From Macrostomum lignano (Eukaryota), in assembly GCA_002269645.1 (NCBI GenBank), contig NIVC01001685.1, positions 124,001 to 188,000 on the forward strand: a stretch of DNA of 64,000 bases, read 5' to 3'. Below the pieces are notes generated by a model that saw only the letters and a list, made by a program, of their open reading frames with translations, searched no databases and had not been told where the DNA came from. Position 1 is the first letter of the stretch. Every line of letters starts with the position of its first letter. Made by a program: the position numbers and the translations under genes. Positions 38,501 through 53,500 of this stretch are shown here, piece by piece.

Positions 38501-41500
38501 AGATGAGACACGGGAGACAGAGATGAGACACGGGAGAGTTACAGAGATGAGACACGGAGAGTTACAGAGATGAGACACGGGAGAGTTATAGAGATGAGAC
38601 ACGGGAGAGTTACAGAGATGAGACACGGAGAGTTACAGAGATGAGACACGGGAGTTGTAGAGATGAGACACGGGAGAGTTACAGAGATGAGACACGGGAG
38701 AGTTACAGAGATGAGACACGGGAGTTAGAGATGAGACACGGGAGAGTTAGAGATGAGACACGGAGAGTTACAGAGATGAGACACGGAGAGTTACAGAGAT
38801 GAGACACGGGACAGTTAGAGATGAGACACGGGAGAGTTACAGAGATGAGACACGGGAGAGTTACAGAGATGAGACACGGGAGAGTTAGAGATGAGACACG
38901 GGAGTTACAGAGATGAGACACGGAGAGTTACAGAGATGAGACACGGGAGAGTTAGAGATGAGACACGGGAGAGTTACAGAGATGAGACACGGGAGAGTTA
39001 CAGAGATGAGACACGGGAGAGTTACAGAGATGAGACACGGGAGAGTTACAGAGATGAGACACGGGAGAGTTACAGAGATGAGACACGGGAGAGTTACAGA
39101 GATGAGACACGGAGAGTTACAGAGATGAGACACGGAGAGTTACAGAGATGAGACACGGAGAGTTACAGAGATGAGACACGGAGAGTTACAGAGATGAGAC
39201 ACGGGACAGTTACAGAGATGAGACACGGGAGAGTTACAGAGATGAGACACGGAGAGTTACAGAGATGAGACACGGGAGAGTTACAGAGATGAGACACGGA
39301 GAGTTACAGAGATGAGACACGGGAGAGTTACAGAGATGAGACACGGAGAGTTACAGAGATGAGACACGGGAGAGTTACAGAGATGAGACACGGAGAGTTA
39401 CAGAGATGAGACACGGGAGAGTTACAGAGATGAGACACGGGAGAGTTACAGAGATGAGACACGGGAGAGTTACAGAGATGAGACACGGGAGAGTTACAGA
39501 GATGAGACACGGGAGAGTTACAGAGATGAGACACGGGAGAGTTACAGAGATGAGACACGGGAGAGTTACAGAGATGAGACACGGGAGAGTTACAGAGATG
39601 AGACACGGGAGAGTTAGAGATGAGACACGGGAGAGTTACAGAGATGAGACACGGGAGAGTTACAGAGATGAGACACGGGACAGTTAGAGATGAGACACGG
39701 GACAGTTAGAGATGAGACACGGGAGAGTTACAGAGATGAGACACGGGAGAGTTACAGAGATGAGACACGGGAGAGTTACAGAGATGAGACACGGGAGAGT
39801 TACAGAGATGAGACACGGGAGAGTTACAGAGATGAGACACGGAGAGTTACAGAGATGAGACACGGGAGTTACAGAGATGAGACACGGGAGAGTTACAGAG
39901 ATGAGACACGGGAGAGTTACAGAGATGAGACACGGGAGAGTTACAGAGATGAGACACGGGAGAGTTACAGAGATGAGACACGGAGAGTTACAGAGATGAG
40001 ACACGGAGAGTTACAGAGATGAGACACGGGAGAGTTACAGAGATGAGACACGGGAGAGTTACAGAGATGAGACACGGAGAGTTACAGAGATGAGACACGG
40101 GAGAGTTACAGAGATGAGACACGGAGAGTTACAGAGATGAGACACGGGAGTTACAGAGATGAGACACGGGAGAGTTACAGAGATGAGACACGGAGAGTTA
40201 CAGAGATGAGACACGGGAGAGTTACAGAGATGAGACACGGAGAGTTACAGAGATGAGACACGGGAGAGTTACAGAGATGAGACACGGAGAGTTACAGAGA
40301 TGAGACACGGAGAGTTACAGAGATGAGACACGGAGAGTTACAGAGATGAGACACGGGAGAGTTACAGAGATGAGACACGGGAGAGTTACAGAGATGAGAC
40401 ACGGGAGAGTTACAGAGATGAGACACGGGAGAGTTACAGAGATGAGACACGGAGAGTTACAGAGATGAGACACGGAGAGTTACAGAGATGAGACACGGGA
40501 GAGTTACAGAGATGAGACACGGGAGAGTTACAGAGATGAGACACGGAGAGTTACAGAGATGAGACACGGGAGAGTTACAGAGATGAGACACGGAGAGTTA
40601 CAGAGATGAGACACGGAGAGTTACAGAGATGAGACACGGAGAGTTACAGAGATGAGACACGGGAGAGTTACAGAGATGAGACACGGAGAGTTACAGAGAT
40701 GAGACACGGAGAGTTACAGAGATGAGACACGGAGAGTTACAGAGATGAGACACGGAGAGTTACAGAGATGAGACACGGAGAGTTACAGAGATGAGACACG
40801 GAGAGTTACAGAGATGAGACACGGAGAGTTACAGAGATGAGACACGGAGAGTTACAGAGATGAGACACGGAGAGTTACAGAGATGAGACACGGGAGAGTT
40901 ACAGAGATGAGACACGGAGAGTTACAGAGATGAGACACGGAGAGTTACAGAGATGAGACACGGGAGTTACAGAGATGAGACACGGAGAGTTACAGAGATG
41001 AGACACGGAGAGTTACAGAGATGAGACACGGGAGAGTTACAGAGATGAGACACGGAGAGTTACAGAGATGAGACACGGGAGAGTTACAGAGATGAGACAC
41101 GGGAGAGTTACAGAGATGAGACACGGAGAGTTACAGAGATGAGACACGGGAGTTACAGAGATGAGACACGGGAGAGTTACAGAGATGAGACACGGAGAGT
41201 TACAGAGATGAGACACGGAGAGTTACAGAGATGAGACACGGGAGTTACAGAGATGAGACACGGGAGAGTTACAGAGATGAGACACGGGAGAGTTACAGAG
41301 ATGAGACACGGGAGAGTTACAGAGATGAGACACGGGAGTTACAGAGATGAGACACGGAGAGTTACAGAGATGAGACACGGAGAGTTACAGAGATGAGACA
41401 CGGAGAGTTACAGAGATGAGACACGGAGAGTTACAGAGATGAGACACGGGAGAGTTACAGAGATGAGACACGGGAGAGTTACAGAGATGAGACACGGAGA

Positions 41501-44500
41501 GTTACAGAGATGAGACACGGAGAGTTACAGAGATGAGACACGGGAGAGTTACAGAGATGAGACACGGAGAGTTACAGAGATGAGACACGGAGAGTTACAG
41601 AGATGAGACACGGAGAGTTACAGAGATGAGACACGGAGAGTTACAGAGATGAGACACGGGAGAGTTACAGAGATGAGACACGGGAGAGTTACAGAGATGA
41701 GACACGGGAGAGTTACAGAGATGAGACACGGGAGAGTTACAGAGATGAGACACGGAGAGTTACAGAGATGAGACACGGGAGAGTTACAGAGATGAGACAC
41801 GGAGAGTTACAGAGATGAGACACGGAGAGTTACAGAGATGAGACACGGGAGAGTTACAGAGATGAGACACGGAGAGTTACAGAGATGAGACACGGAGAGT
41901 TACAGAGATGAGACACGGGAGAGTTACAGAGATGAGACACGGAGAGTTACAGAGATGAGACACGGAGAGTTACAGAGATGAGACACGGAGAGTTACAGAG
42001 ATGAGACACGGGAGAGTTACAGAGATGAGACACGGAGAGTTACAGAGATGAGACACGGAGAGTTACAGAGATGAGACACGGAGAGTTACAGAGATGAGAC
42101 ACGGAGAGTTACAGAGATGAGACACGGAGAGTTACAGAGATGAGACACGGAGAGTTACAGAGATGAGACACGGGAGAGTTACAGAGATGAGACACGGGAG
42201 AGTTACAGAGATGAGACACGGAGAGTTACAGAGATGAGACACGGAGAGTTACAGAGATGAGACACGGAGAGTTACAGAGATGAGACACGGAGAGTTACAG
42301 AGATGAGACACGGAGAGTTACAGAGATGAGACACGGAGAGTTACAGAGATGAGACACGGGAGAGTTACAGAGATGAGACACGGGAGAGTTACAGAGATGA
42401 GACACGGGAGAGTTACAGAGATGAGACACGGAGAGTTACAGAGATGAGACACGGAGAGTTACAGAGATGAGACACGGAGAGTTACAGAGATGAGACACGG
42501 GAGAGTTACAGAGATGAGACACGGGAGTTACAGAGATGAGACACGGAGAGTTACAGAGATGAGACACGGAGAGTTACAGAGATGAGACACGGGAGAGTTA
42601 CAGAGATGAGACACGGGAGAGTTACAGAGATGAGACACGGGAGAGTTACAGAGATGAGACACGGGAGAGTTACAGAGATGAGACACGGAGAGTTACAGAG
42701 ATGAGACACGGGAGAGTTACAGAGATGAGACACGGGAGAGTTACAGAGATGAGACACGGGAGAGTTACAGAGATGAGACACGGGAGAGTTACAGAGATGA
42801 GACACGGGAGTTACAGAGATGAGACACGGGAGAGTTAGAGATGAGACACGGGAGAGTTACAGAGATGAGACACGGGAGTTACAGAGATGAGACACGGGAG
42901 AGTTACAGAGATGAGACACGGGAGTTAGAGATGAGACACGGGAGAGTTACAGAGATGAGACACGGAGAGTTACAGAGATGAGACACGGAGAGTTACAGAG
43001 ATGAGACACGGGAGAGTTACAGAGATGAGACACGGAGAGTTACAGAGATGAGACACGGAGAGTTACAGAGATGAGACACGGGAGAGTTACAGAGATGAGA
43101 CACGGGAGTTAGAGATGAGACACGGGAGAGTTACAGAGATGAGACACGGGAGAGTTACAGAGATGAGACACGGGAGAGTTACAGAGATGAGACACGGGAG
43201 AGTTACAGAGATGAGACACGGAGAGTTACAGAGATGAGACACGGAGAGTTACAGAGATGAGACACGGAGAGTTACAGAGATGAGACACGGAGAGTTACAG
43301 AGATGAGACACGGAGAGTTACAGAGATGAGACACGGAGAGTTACAGAGATGAGACACGGGAGAGTTACAGAGATGAGACACGGGAGAGTTACAGAGATGA
43401 GACACGGAGAGTTACAGAGATGAGACACGGGAGAGTTACAGAGATGAGACACGGGAGAGTTACAGAGATGAGACACGGAGAGTTACAGAGATGAGACACG
43501 GAGAGTTACAGAGATGAGACACGGGAGAGTTACAGAGATGAGACACGGAGAGTTACAGAGATGAGACACGGGAGAGTTACAGAGATGAGACACGGGAGAG
43601 TTAGAGATGAGACACGGGAGAGTTACAGAGATGAGACACGGGAGAGTTACAGAGATGAGACACGGGAGAGTTACAGAGATGAGACACGGAGAGTTACAGA
43701 GATGAGACACGGGAGAGTTACAGAGATGAGACACGGGAGAGTTACAGAGATGAGACACTGGAGAGTTACAGAGATGAGACACGGGAGAGTTACAGAGATG
43801 AGACACGGGAGAGTTACAGAGATGAGACACTGGAGAGTTACAGAGATGAGACACGGGAGAGTTACAGAGATGAGACACGGAGAGTTACAGAGATGAGACA
43901 CGGAGAGTTACAGAGATGAGACACGGAGAGTTACAGAGATGAGACACGGAGAGTTACAGAGATGAGACACGGGAGAGTTACAGAGATGAGACACGGGAGA
44001 GTTACAGAGATGAGACACGGAGAGTTACAGAGATGAGACACGGGAGAGTTACAGAGATGAGACACGGAGAGTTACAGAGATGAGACACGGAGAGTTACAG
44101 AGATGAGACACGGAGAGTTACAGAGATGAGACACGGGAGAGTTACAGAGATGAGACACGGGAGAGTTACAGAGATGAGACACGGAGAGTTACAGAGATGA
44201 GACACGGGAGAGTTACAGAGATGAGACACGGGAGAGTTACAGAGATGAGACACGGAGAGTTACAGAGATGAGACACGGAGAGTTACAGAGATGAGACACG
44301 GAGAGTTACAGAGATGAGACACGGGAGAGTTACAGAGATGAGACACGGGAGAGTTACAGAGATGAGACACTGGAGAGTTACAGAGATGAGACACGGGAGA
44401 GTTACAGAGATGAGACACGGGAGAGTTACAGAGATGAGACACGGAGAGTTACAGAGATGAGACACGGGAGAGTTACAGAGATGAGACACGGAGAGTTACA

Positions 44501-47500
44501 GAGATGAGACACGGGAGAGTTACAGAGATGAGACACGGGAGAGTTACAGAGATGAGACACGGAGAGTTACAGAGATGAGACACGGGAGAGTTACAGAGAT
44601 GAGACACGGGAGAGTTACAGAGATGAGACACGGAGAGTTACAGAGATGAGACACGGAGAGTTACAGAGATGAGACACGGGAGTTACAGAGATGAGACACG
44701 GAGAGTTACAGAGATGAGACACGGGAGTTACAGAGATGAGACACGGGAGAGTTACAGAGATGAGACACGGGAGAGTTACAGAGATGAGACACGGGAGAGT
44801 TACAGAGATGAGACACGGGAGAGTTACAGAGATGAGACACGGGAGAGTTACAGAGATGAGACACGGAGAGTTACAGAGATGAGACACGGGAGAGTTACAG
44901 AGATGAGACACGGGAGAGTTACAGAGATGAGACACGGGAGAGTTACAGAGATGAGACACGGGAGAGTTACAGAGATGAGACACGGGAGAGTTACAGAGAT
45001 GAGACACGGGAGAGTTACAGAGATGAGACACGGGAGAGTTACAGAGATGAGACACGGAGAGTTACAGAGATGAGACACGGAGAGTTACAGAGATGAGACA
45101 CGGGAGAGTTACAGAGATGAGACACGGAGAGTTACAGAGATGAGACACGGGAGAGTTACAGAGATGAGACACGGGAGAGTTACAGAGATGAGACACGGAG
45201 AGTTACAGAGATGAGACACGGAGAGTTACAGAGATGAGACACGGGAGAGTTACAGAGATGAGACACGGGAGAGTTACAGAGATGAGACACGGAGAGTTAC
45301 AGAGATGAGACACGGAGAGTTACAGAGATGAGACACGGAGAGTTACAGAGATGAGACACGGGAGAGTTACAGAGATGAGACACGGAGAGTTACAGAGATG
45401 AGACACGGAGAGTTACAGAGATGAGACACGGGAGAGTTACAGAGATGAGACACGGGAGAGTTACAGAGATGAGACACGGAGAGTTACAGAGATGAGACAC
45501 GGAGAGTTACAGAGATGAGACACGGAGAGTTACAGAGATGAGACACGGAGAGTTACAGAGATGAGACACGGGAGAGTTACAGAGATGAGACACGGGAGAG
45601 TTACAGAGATGAGACACGGAGAGTTACAGAGATGAGACACGGGAGAGTTACAGAGATGAGACACGGGAGTTACAGAGATGAGACACGGAGAGTTACAGAG
45701 ATGAGACACGGAGAGTTACAGAGATGAGACACGGGAGTTACAGAGATGAGACACGGAGAGTTACAGAGATGAGACACGGAGAGTTACAGAGATGAGACAC
45801 GGGAGAGTTACAGAGATGAGACACGGGAGAGTTACAGAGATGAGACACGGGAGTTACAGAGATGAGACACGGGAGAGTTACAGAGATGAGACACGGAGAG
45901 TTACAGAGATGAGACACGGGAGAGTTACAGAGATGAGACACGGAGAGTTACAGAGATGAGACACGGGAGAGTTACAGAGATGAGACACGGAGAGTTACAG
46001 AGATGAGACACGGAGAGTTACAGAGATGAGACACGGGAGAGTTACAGAGATGAGACACGGAGAGTTACAGAGATGAGACACGGAGAGTTACAGAGATGAG
46101 ACACGGGACAGTTACAGAGATGAGACACGGAGAGTTACAGAGATGAGACACGGAGAGTTACAGAGATGAGACACGGGAGAGTTACAGAGATGAGACACGG
46201 AGAGTTACAGAGATGAGACACGGGAGAGTTACAGAGATGAGACACGGGAGAGTTACAGAGATGAGACACGGAGAGTTACAGAGATGAGACACGGGAGAGT
46301 TACAGAGATGAGACACGGGAGAGTTACAGAGATGAGACACGGAGAGTTACAGAGATGAGACACGGGAGTTACAGAGATGAGACACGGAGAGTTACAGAGA
46401 TGAGACACGGAGAGTTACAGAGATGAGACACGGAGAGTTACAGAGATGAGACACGGAGAGTTACAGAGATGAGACACGGAGAGTTACAGAGATGAGACAC
46501 GGAGAGTTACAGAGATGAGACACGGAGAGTTACAGAGATGAGACACGGAGAGTTACAGAGATGAGACACGGAGAGTTACAGAGATGAGACACGGAGAGTT
46601 ACAGAGATGAGACACGGAGAGTTACAGAGATGAGACACGGAGAGTTACAGAGATGAGACACGGAGAGTTACAGAGATGAGACACGGAGAGTTACAGAGAT
46701 GAGACACGGAGAGTTACAGAGATGAGACACGGAGAGTTACAGAGATGAGACACGGAGAGTTACAGAGATGAGACACGGGAGAGTTACAGAGATGAGACAC
46801 GGAGAGTTACAGAGATGAGACACGGAGAGTTACAGAGATGAGACACGGGAGAGTTACAGAGATGAGACACGGAGAGTTACAGAGATGAGACACGGGAGTT
46901 ACAGAGATGAGACACGGGAGAGTTACAGAGATGAGACACGGAGAGTTACAGAGATGAGACACGGAGAGTTACAGAGATGAGACACGGGAGAGTTACAGAG
47001 ATGAGACACGGAGAGTTACAGAGATGAGACACGGAGAGTTACAGAGATGAGACACGGGAGAGTTACAGAGATGAGACACGGGAGAGTTACAGAGATGAGA
47101 CACGGGAGTTACAGAGATGAGACACGGGAGAGTTACAGAGATGAGACACGGAGAGTTACAGAGATGAGACACGGGAGTTACAGAGATGAGACACGGGAGA
47201 GTTACAGAGATGAGACACGGGAGAGTTACAGAGATGAGACACGGAGAGTTACAGAGATGAGACACGGGAGAGTTACAGAGATGAGACACGGAGAGTTACA
47301 GAGATGAGACACGGAGAGTTACAGAGATGAGACACGGGAGAGTTACAGAGATGAGACACGGAGAGTTACAGAGATGAGACACGGAGAGTTACAGAGATGA
47401 GACACGGGAGAGTTACAGAGATGAGACACGGAGAGTTACAGAGATGAGACACGGGAGAGTTACAGAGATGAGACACGGGAGAGTTACAGAGATGAGACAC

Positions 47501-50500
47501 GGAGAGTTACAGAGATGAGACACGGAGAGTTACAGAGATGAGACACGGAGAGTTACAGAGATGAGACACGGGAGAGTTACAGAGATGAGACACGGAGAGT
47601 TACAGAGATGAGACACGGGAGAGTTACAGAGATGAGACACGGGAGAGTTACAGAGATGAGACACGGAGAGTTACAGAGATGAGACACGGAGAGTTACAGA
47701 GATGAGACACGGGAGAGTTACAGAGATGAGACACGGGAGAGTTACAGAGATGAGACACGGAGAGTTACAGAGATGAGACACGGGAGAGTTACAGAGATGA
47801 GACACGGGAGAGTTACAGAGATGAGACACGGAGAGTTACAGAGATGAGACACGGAGAGTTACAGAGATGAGACACGGAGAGTTACAGAGATGAGACACGG
47901 AGAGTTACAGAGATGAGACACGGAGAGTTACAGAGATGAGACACGGAGAGTTACAGAGATGAGACACGGGAGAGTTACAGAGATGAGACACGGGAGAGTT
48001 ACAGAGATGAGACACGGAGAGTTACAGAGATGAGACACGGGAGAGTTACAGAGATGAGACACGGAGAGTTACAGAGATGAGACACGGAGAGTTACAGAGA
48101 TGAGACACGGAGAGTTACAGAGATGAGACACGGGAGAGTTACAGAGATGAGACACGGGAGAGTTACAGAGATGAGACACGGAGAGTTACAGAGATGAGAC
48201 ACGGGAGAGTTACAGAGATGAGACACGGAGAGTTACAGAGATGAGACACGGAGAGTTACAGAGATGAGACACGGGAGAGTTACAGAGATGAGACACGGAG
48301 AGTTACAGAGATGAGACACGGAGAGTTACAGAGATGAGACACGGGAGAGTTACAGAGATGAGACACGGGAGAGTTACAGAGATGAGACACGGAGAGTTAC
48401 AGAGATGAGACACGGGAGAGTTACAGAGATGAGACACGGAGAGTTACAGAGATGAGACACGGAGAGTTACAGAGATGAGACACGGAGAGTTACAGAGATG
48501 AGACACGGGAGAGTTACAGAGATGAGACACGGGAGAGTTACAGAGATGAGACACGGGAGAGTTACAGAGATGAGACACGGGAGAGTTACAGAGATGAGAC
48601 ACGGGAGAGTTACAGAGATGAGACACGGAGAGTTACAGAGATGAGACACGGGAGAGTTACAGAGATGAGACACGGGAGAGTTACAGAGATGAGACACGGG
48701 AGAGTTACAGAGATGAGACACGGGAGAGTTACAGAGATGAGACACGGGAGAGTTACAGAGATGAGACACGGGAGAGTTACAGAGATGAGACACGGAGAGT
48801 TACAGAGATGAGACACGGGAGAGTTACAGAGATGAGACACGGGAGAGTTACAGAGATGAGACACGGAGAGTTACAGAGATGAGACACGGGAGAGTTACAG
48901 AGATGAGACACGGGAGAGTTACAGAGATGAGACACGGAGAGTTACAGAGATGAGACACGGAGAGTTACAGAGATGAGACACGGAGAGTTACAGAGATGAG
49001 ACACGGGAGAGTTACAGAGATGAGACACGGAGAGTTACAGAGATGAGACACGGGAGAGTTACAGAGATGAGACACGGAGAGTTACAGAGATGAGACACGG
49101 GAGAGTTACAGAGATGAGACACGGAGAGTTACAGAGATGAGACACGGAGAGTTACAGAGATGAGACACGGGAGAGTTACAGAGATGAGACACGGAGAGTT
49201 ACAGAGATGAGACACGGAGAGTTACAGAGATGAGACACGGAGAGTTACAGAGATGAGACACGGAGAGTTACAGAGATGAGACACGGAGAGTTACAGAGAT
49301 GAGACACGGAGAGTTACAGAGATGAGACACGGAGAGTTACAGAGATGAGACACGGGAGAGTTACAGAGATGAGACACGGAGAGTTACAGAGATGAGACAC
49401 GGAGAGTTACAGAGATGAGACACGGAGAGTTACAGAGATGAGACACGGGAGAGTTACAGAGATGAGACACGGGAGAGTTACAGAGATGAGACACGGAGAG
49501 TTACAGAGATGAGACACGGGAGAGTTACAGAGATGAGACACGGGAGAGTTACAGAGATGAGACACGGAGAGTTACAGAGATGAGACACGGGAGAGTTACA
49601 GAGATGAGACACGGAGAGTTACAGAGATGAGACACGGGAGAGTTACAGAGATGAGACACGGGAGAGTTACAGAGATGAGACACGGAGAGTTACAGAGATG
49701 AGACACGGGAGAGTTACAGAGATGAGACACGGGAGAGTTACAGAGATGAGACACGGAGAGTTACAGAGATGAGACACGGAGAGTTACAGAGATGAGACAC
49801 GGAGAGTTAGAGATGAGACACGGAGAGTTACAGAGATGAGACACGGGAGAGTTACAGAGATGAGACACGGGAGAGTTACAGAGATGAGACACGGGACAGT
49901 TACAGAGATGAGACACGGGAGAGTTACAGAGATGAGACACGGAGAGTTACAGAGATGAGACACGGAGAGTTACAGAGATGAGACACGGGAGAGTTACAGA
50001 GATGAGACACGGGAGAGTTACAGAGATGAGACACGGGAGAGTTACAGAGATGAGACACGGGAGTTACAGAGATGAGACACGGAGAGTTACAGAGATGAGA
50101 CACGGGAGAGTTACAGAGATGAGACACGGAGAGTTACAGAGATGAGACACGGGAGAGTTACAGAGATGAGACACGGGAGAGTTACAGAGATGAGACACGG
50201 GAGAGTTACAGAGATGAGACACGGAGAGTTACAGAGATGAGACACGGGAGAGTTACAGAGATGAGACACGGGAGAGTTACAGAGATGAGACACGGAGAGT
50301 TACAGAGATGAGACACGGGAGAGTTACAGAGATGAGACACGGAGAGTTACAGAGATGAGACACGGAGAGTTACAGAGATGAGACACGGGAGTTACAGAGA
50401 TGAGACACGGAGAGTTACAGAGATGAGACACGGGAGAGTTACAGAGATGAGACACGGAGAGTTACAGAGATGAGACACGGAGAGTTACAGAGATGAGACA

Positions 50501-53500
50501 CGGGAGAGTTACAGAGATGAGACACGGGAGAGTTACAGAGATGAGACACGGAGAGTTACAGAGATGAGACACGGAGAGTTACAGAGATGAGACACGGGAG
50601 AGTTACAGAGATGAGACACGGAGAGTTACAGAGATGAGACACGGAGAGTTACAGAGATGAGACACGGGAGAGTTACAGAGATGAGACACGGGAGAGTTAC
50701 AGAGATGAGACACGGGAGAGTTACAGAGATGAGACACGGAGAGTTACAGAGATGAGACACGGAGAGTTACAGAGATGAGACACGGGAGAGTTACAGAGAT
50801 GAGACACGGGAGAGTTACAGAGATGAGACACGGAGAGTTACAGAGATGAGACACGGGAGAGTTACAGAGATGAGACACGGAGAGTTACAGAGATGAGACA
50901 CGGAGAGTTACAGAGATGAGACACGGAGAGTTACAGAGATGAGACACGGGAGTTACAGAGATGAGACACGGGAGAGTTGCAGAGATGAGACACGGGACAG
51001 TTACAGAGATGAGACACGGGAGAGTTGCAGAGATGAGACACGGGAGAGTTACAGAGATGAGACACGGGAGAGTTACAGAGATGAGACACGGGAGAGTTAC
51101 AGAGATGAGACACGGGAGAGTTACAGAGATGAGACACGGAGAGTTACAGAGATGAGACACGGGAGAGTTACAGAGATGAGACACGGGAGAGTTACAGAGA
51201 TGAGACACGGGAGAGTTACAGAGATGAGACACGGGAGAGTTACAGAGATGAGACACGGAGAGTTACAGAGATGAGACACGGGAGAGTTACAGAGATGAGA
51301 CACGGAGAGTTACAGAGATGAGACACGGAGAGTTACAGAGATGAGACACGGGAGAGTTACAGAGATGAGACACGGAGAGTTACAGAGATGAGACACGGGA
51401 GTTACAGAGATGAGACACGGAGAGTTACAGAGATGAGACACGGAGAGTTACAGAGATGAGACACGGAGAGTTACAGAGATGAGACACGGGAGAGTTACAG
51501 AGATGAGACACTGGAGAGTTACAGAGATGAGACACGGGAGAGTTACAGAGATGAGACACGGAGAGTTACAGAGATGAGACACTGGAGAGTTACAGAGATG
51601 AGACACGGGAGAGTTACAGAGATGAGACACGGAGAGTTACAGAGATGAGACACGGGAGAGTTACAGAGATGAGACACGGAGAGTTACAGAGATGAGACAC
51701 GGAGAGTTACAGAGATGAGACACGGAGAGTTACAGAGATGAGACACGGAGAGTTACAGAGATGAGACACGGAGAGTTATAGAGATGAGACACGGGAGAGT
51801 TACAGAGATGAGACACGGGAGAGTTACAGAGATGAGACACGGAGAGTTACAGAGATGAGACACTGGAGAGTTACAGAGATGAGACACGGGAGAGTTACAG
51901 AGATGAGACACGGAGAGTTACAGAGATGAGACACGGAGAGTTACAGAGATGAGACACGGAGAGTTACAGAGATGAGACACGGGAGAGTTACAGAGATGAG
52001 ACACGGGAGAGTTACAGAGATGAGACACGGGAGTTACAGAGATGAGACACGGAGAGTTACAGAGATGAGACACGGGAGAGTTACAGAGATGAGACACGGG
52101 AGAGTTACAGAGATGAGACACGGAGAGTTACAGAGATGAGACACGGGAGAGTTACAGAGATGAGACACGGGAGAGTTACAGAGATGAGACACGGAGAGTT
52201 ACAGAGATGAGACACGGAGAGTTACAGAGATGAGACACGGGAGAGTTACAGAGATGAGACACGGAGAGTTACAGAGATGAGACACGGAGAGTTAGAGATG
52301 AGACACGGGAGAGTTACAGAGATGAGACACGGGAGAGTTACAGAGATGAGACACGGGAGAGTTACAGAGATGAGACACGGGACAGTTACAGAGATGAGAC
52401 ACGGGAGAGTTACAGAGATGAGACACGGAGAGTTACAGAGATGAGACACGGAGAGTTACAGAGATGAGACACGGAGAGTTACAGAGATGAGACACGGGAG
52501 AGTTACAGAGATGAGACACGGAGAGTTACAGAGATGAGACACGGGACAGTTACAGAGATGAGACACGGGAGAGTTACAGAGATGAGACACGGGAGAGTTA
52601 CAGAGATGAGACACGGGAGTTACAGAGATGAGACACGGAGAGTTACAGAGATGAGACACGGAGAGTTACAGAGATGAGACACGGGAGAGTTACAGAGATG
52701 AGACACGGAGAGTTACAGAGATGAGACACGGAGAGTTACAGAGATGAGACACGGAGAGTTACAGAGATGAGACACGGAGAGTTACAGAGATGAGACACGG
52801 AGAGTTACAGAGATGAGACACGGGAGAGTTACAGAGATGAGACACGGAGAGTTACAGAGATGAGACACGGAGAGTTACAGAGATGAGACACTGGAGAGTT
52901 ACAGAGATGAGACACGGGAGAGTTACAGAGATGAGACACGGGAGAGTTACAGAGATGAGACACGGAGAGTTACAGAGATGAGACACGGGAGAGTTACAGA
53001 GATGAGACACGGGAGAGTTACAGAGATGAGACACGGAGAGTTACAGAGATGAGACACGGAGAGTTACAGAGATGAGACACGGGAGAGTTACAGAGATGAG
53101 ACACGGAGAGTTACAGAGATGAGACACGGAGAGTTACAGAGATGAGACACGGGAGAGTTACAGAGATGAGACACGGAGAGTTACAGAGATGAGACACTGG
53201 AGAGTTACAGAGATGAGACACGGGAGAGTTACAGAGATGAGACACGGGAGAGTTACAGAGATGAGACACGGGAGAGTTACAGAGATGAGACACGGGAGAG
53301 TTACAGAGATGAGACACGGGAGAGTTACAGAGATGAGACACGGGAGAGTTACAGAGATGAGACACGGAGAGTTACAGAGATGAGACACGGGACAGTTAGA
53401 GATGAGACACGGGAGAGTTACAGAGATGAGACACGGGAGAGTTACAGAGATGAGACACGGGAGAGTTAGAGATGAGACACGGGAGAGTTACAGAGATGAG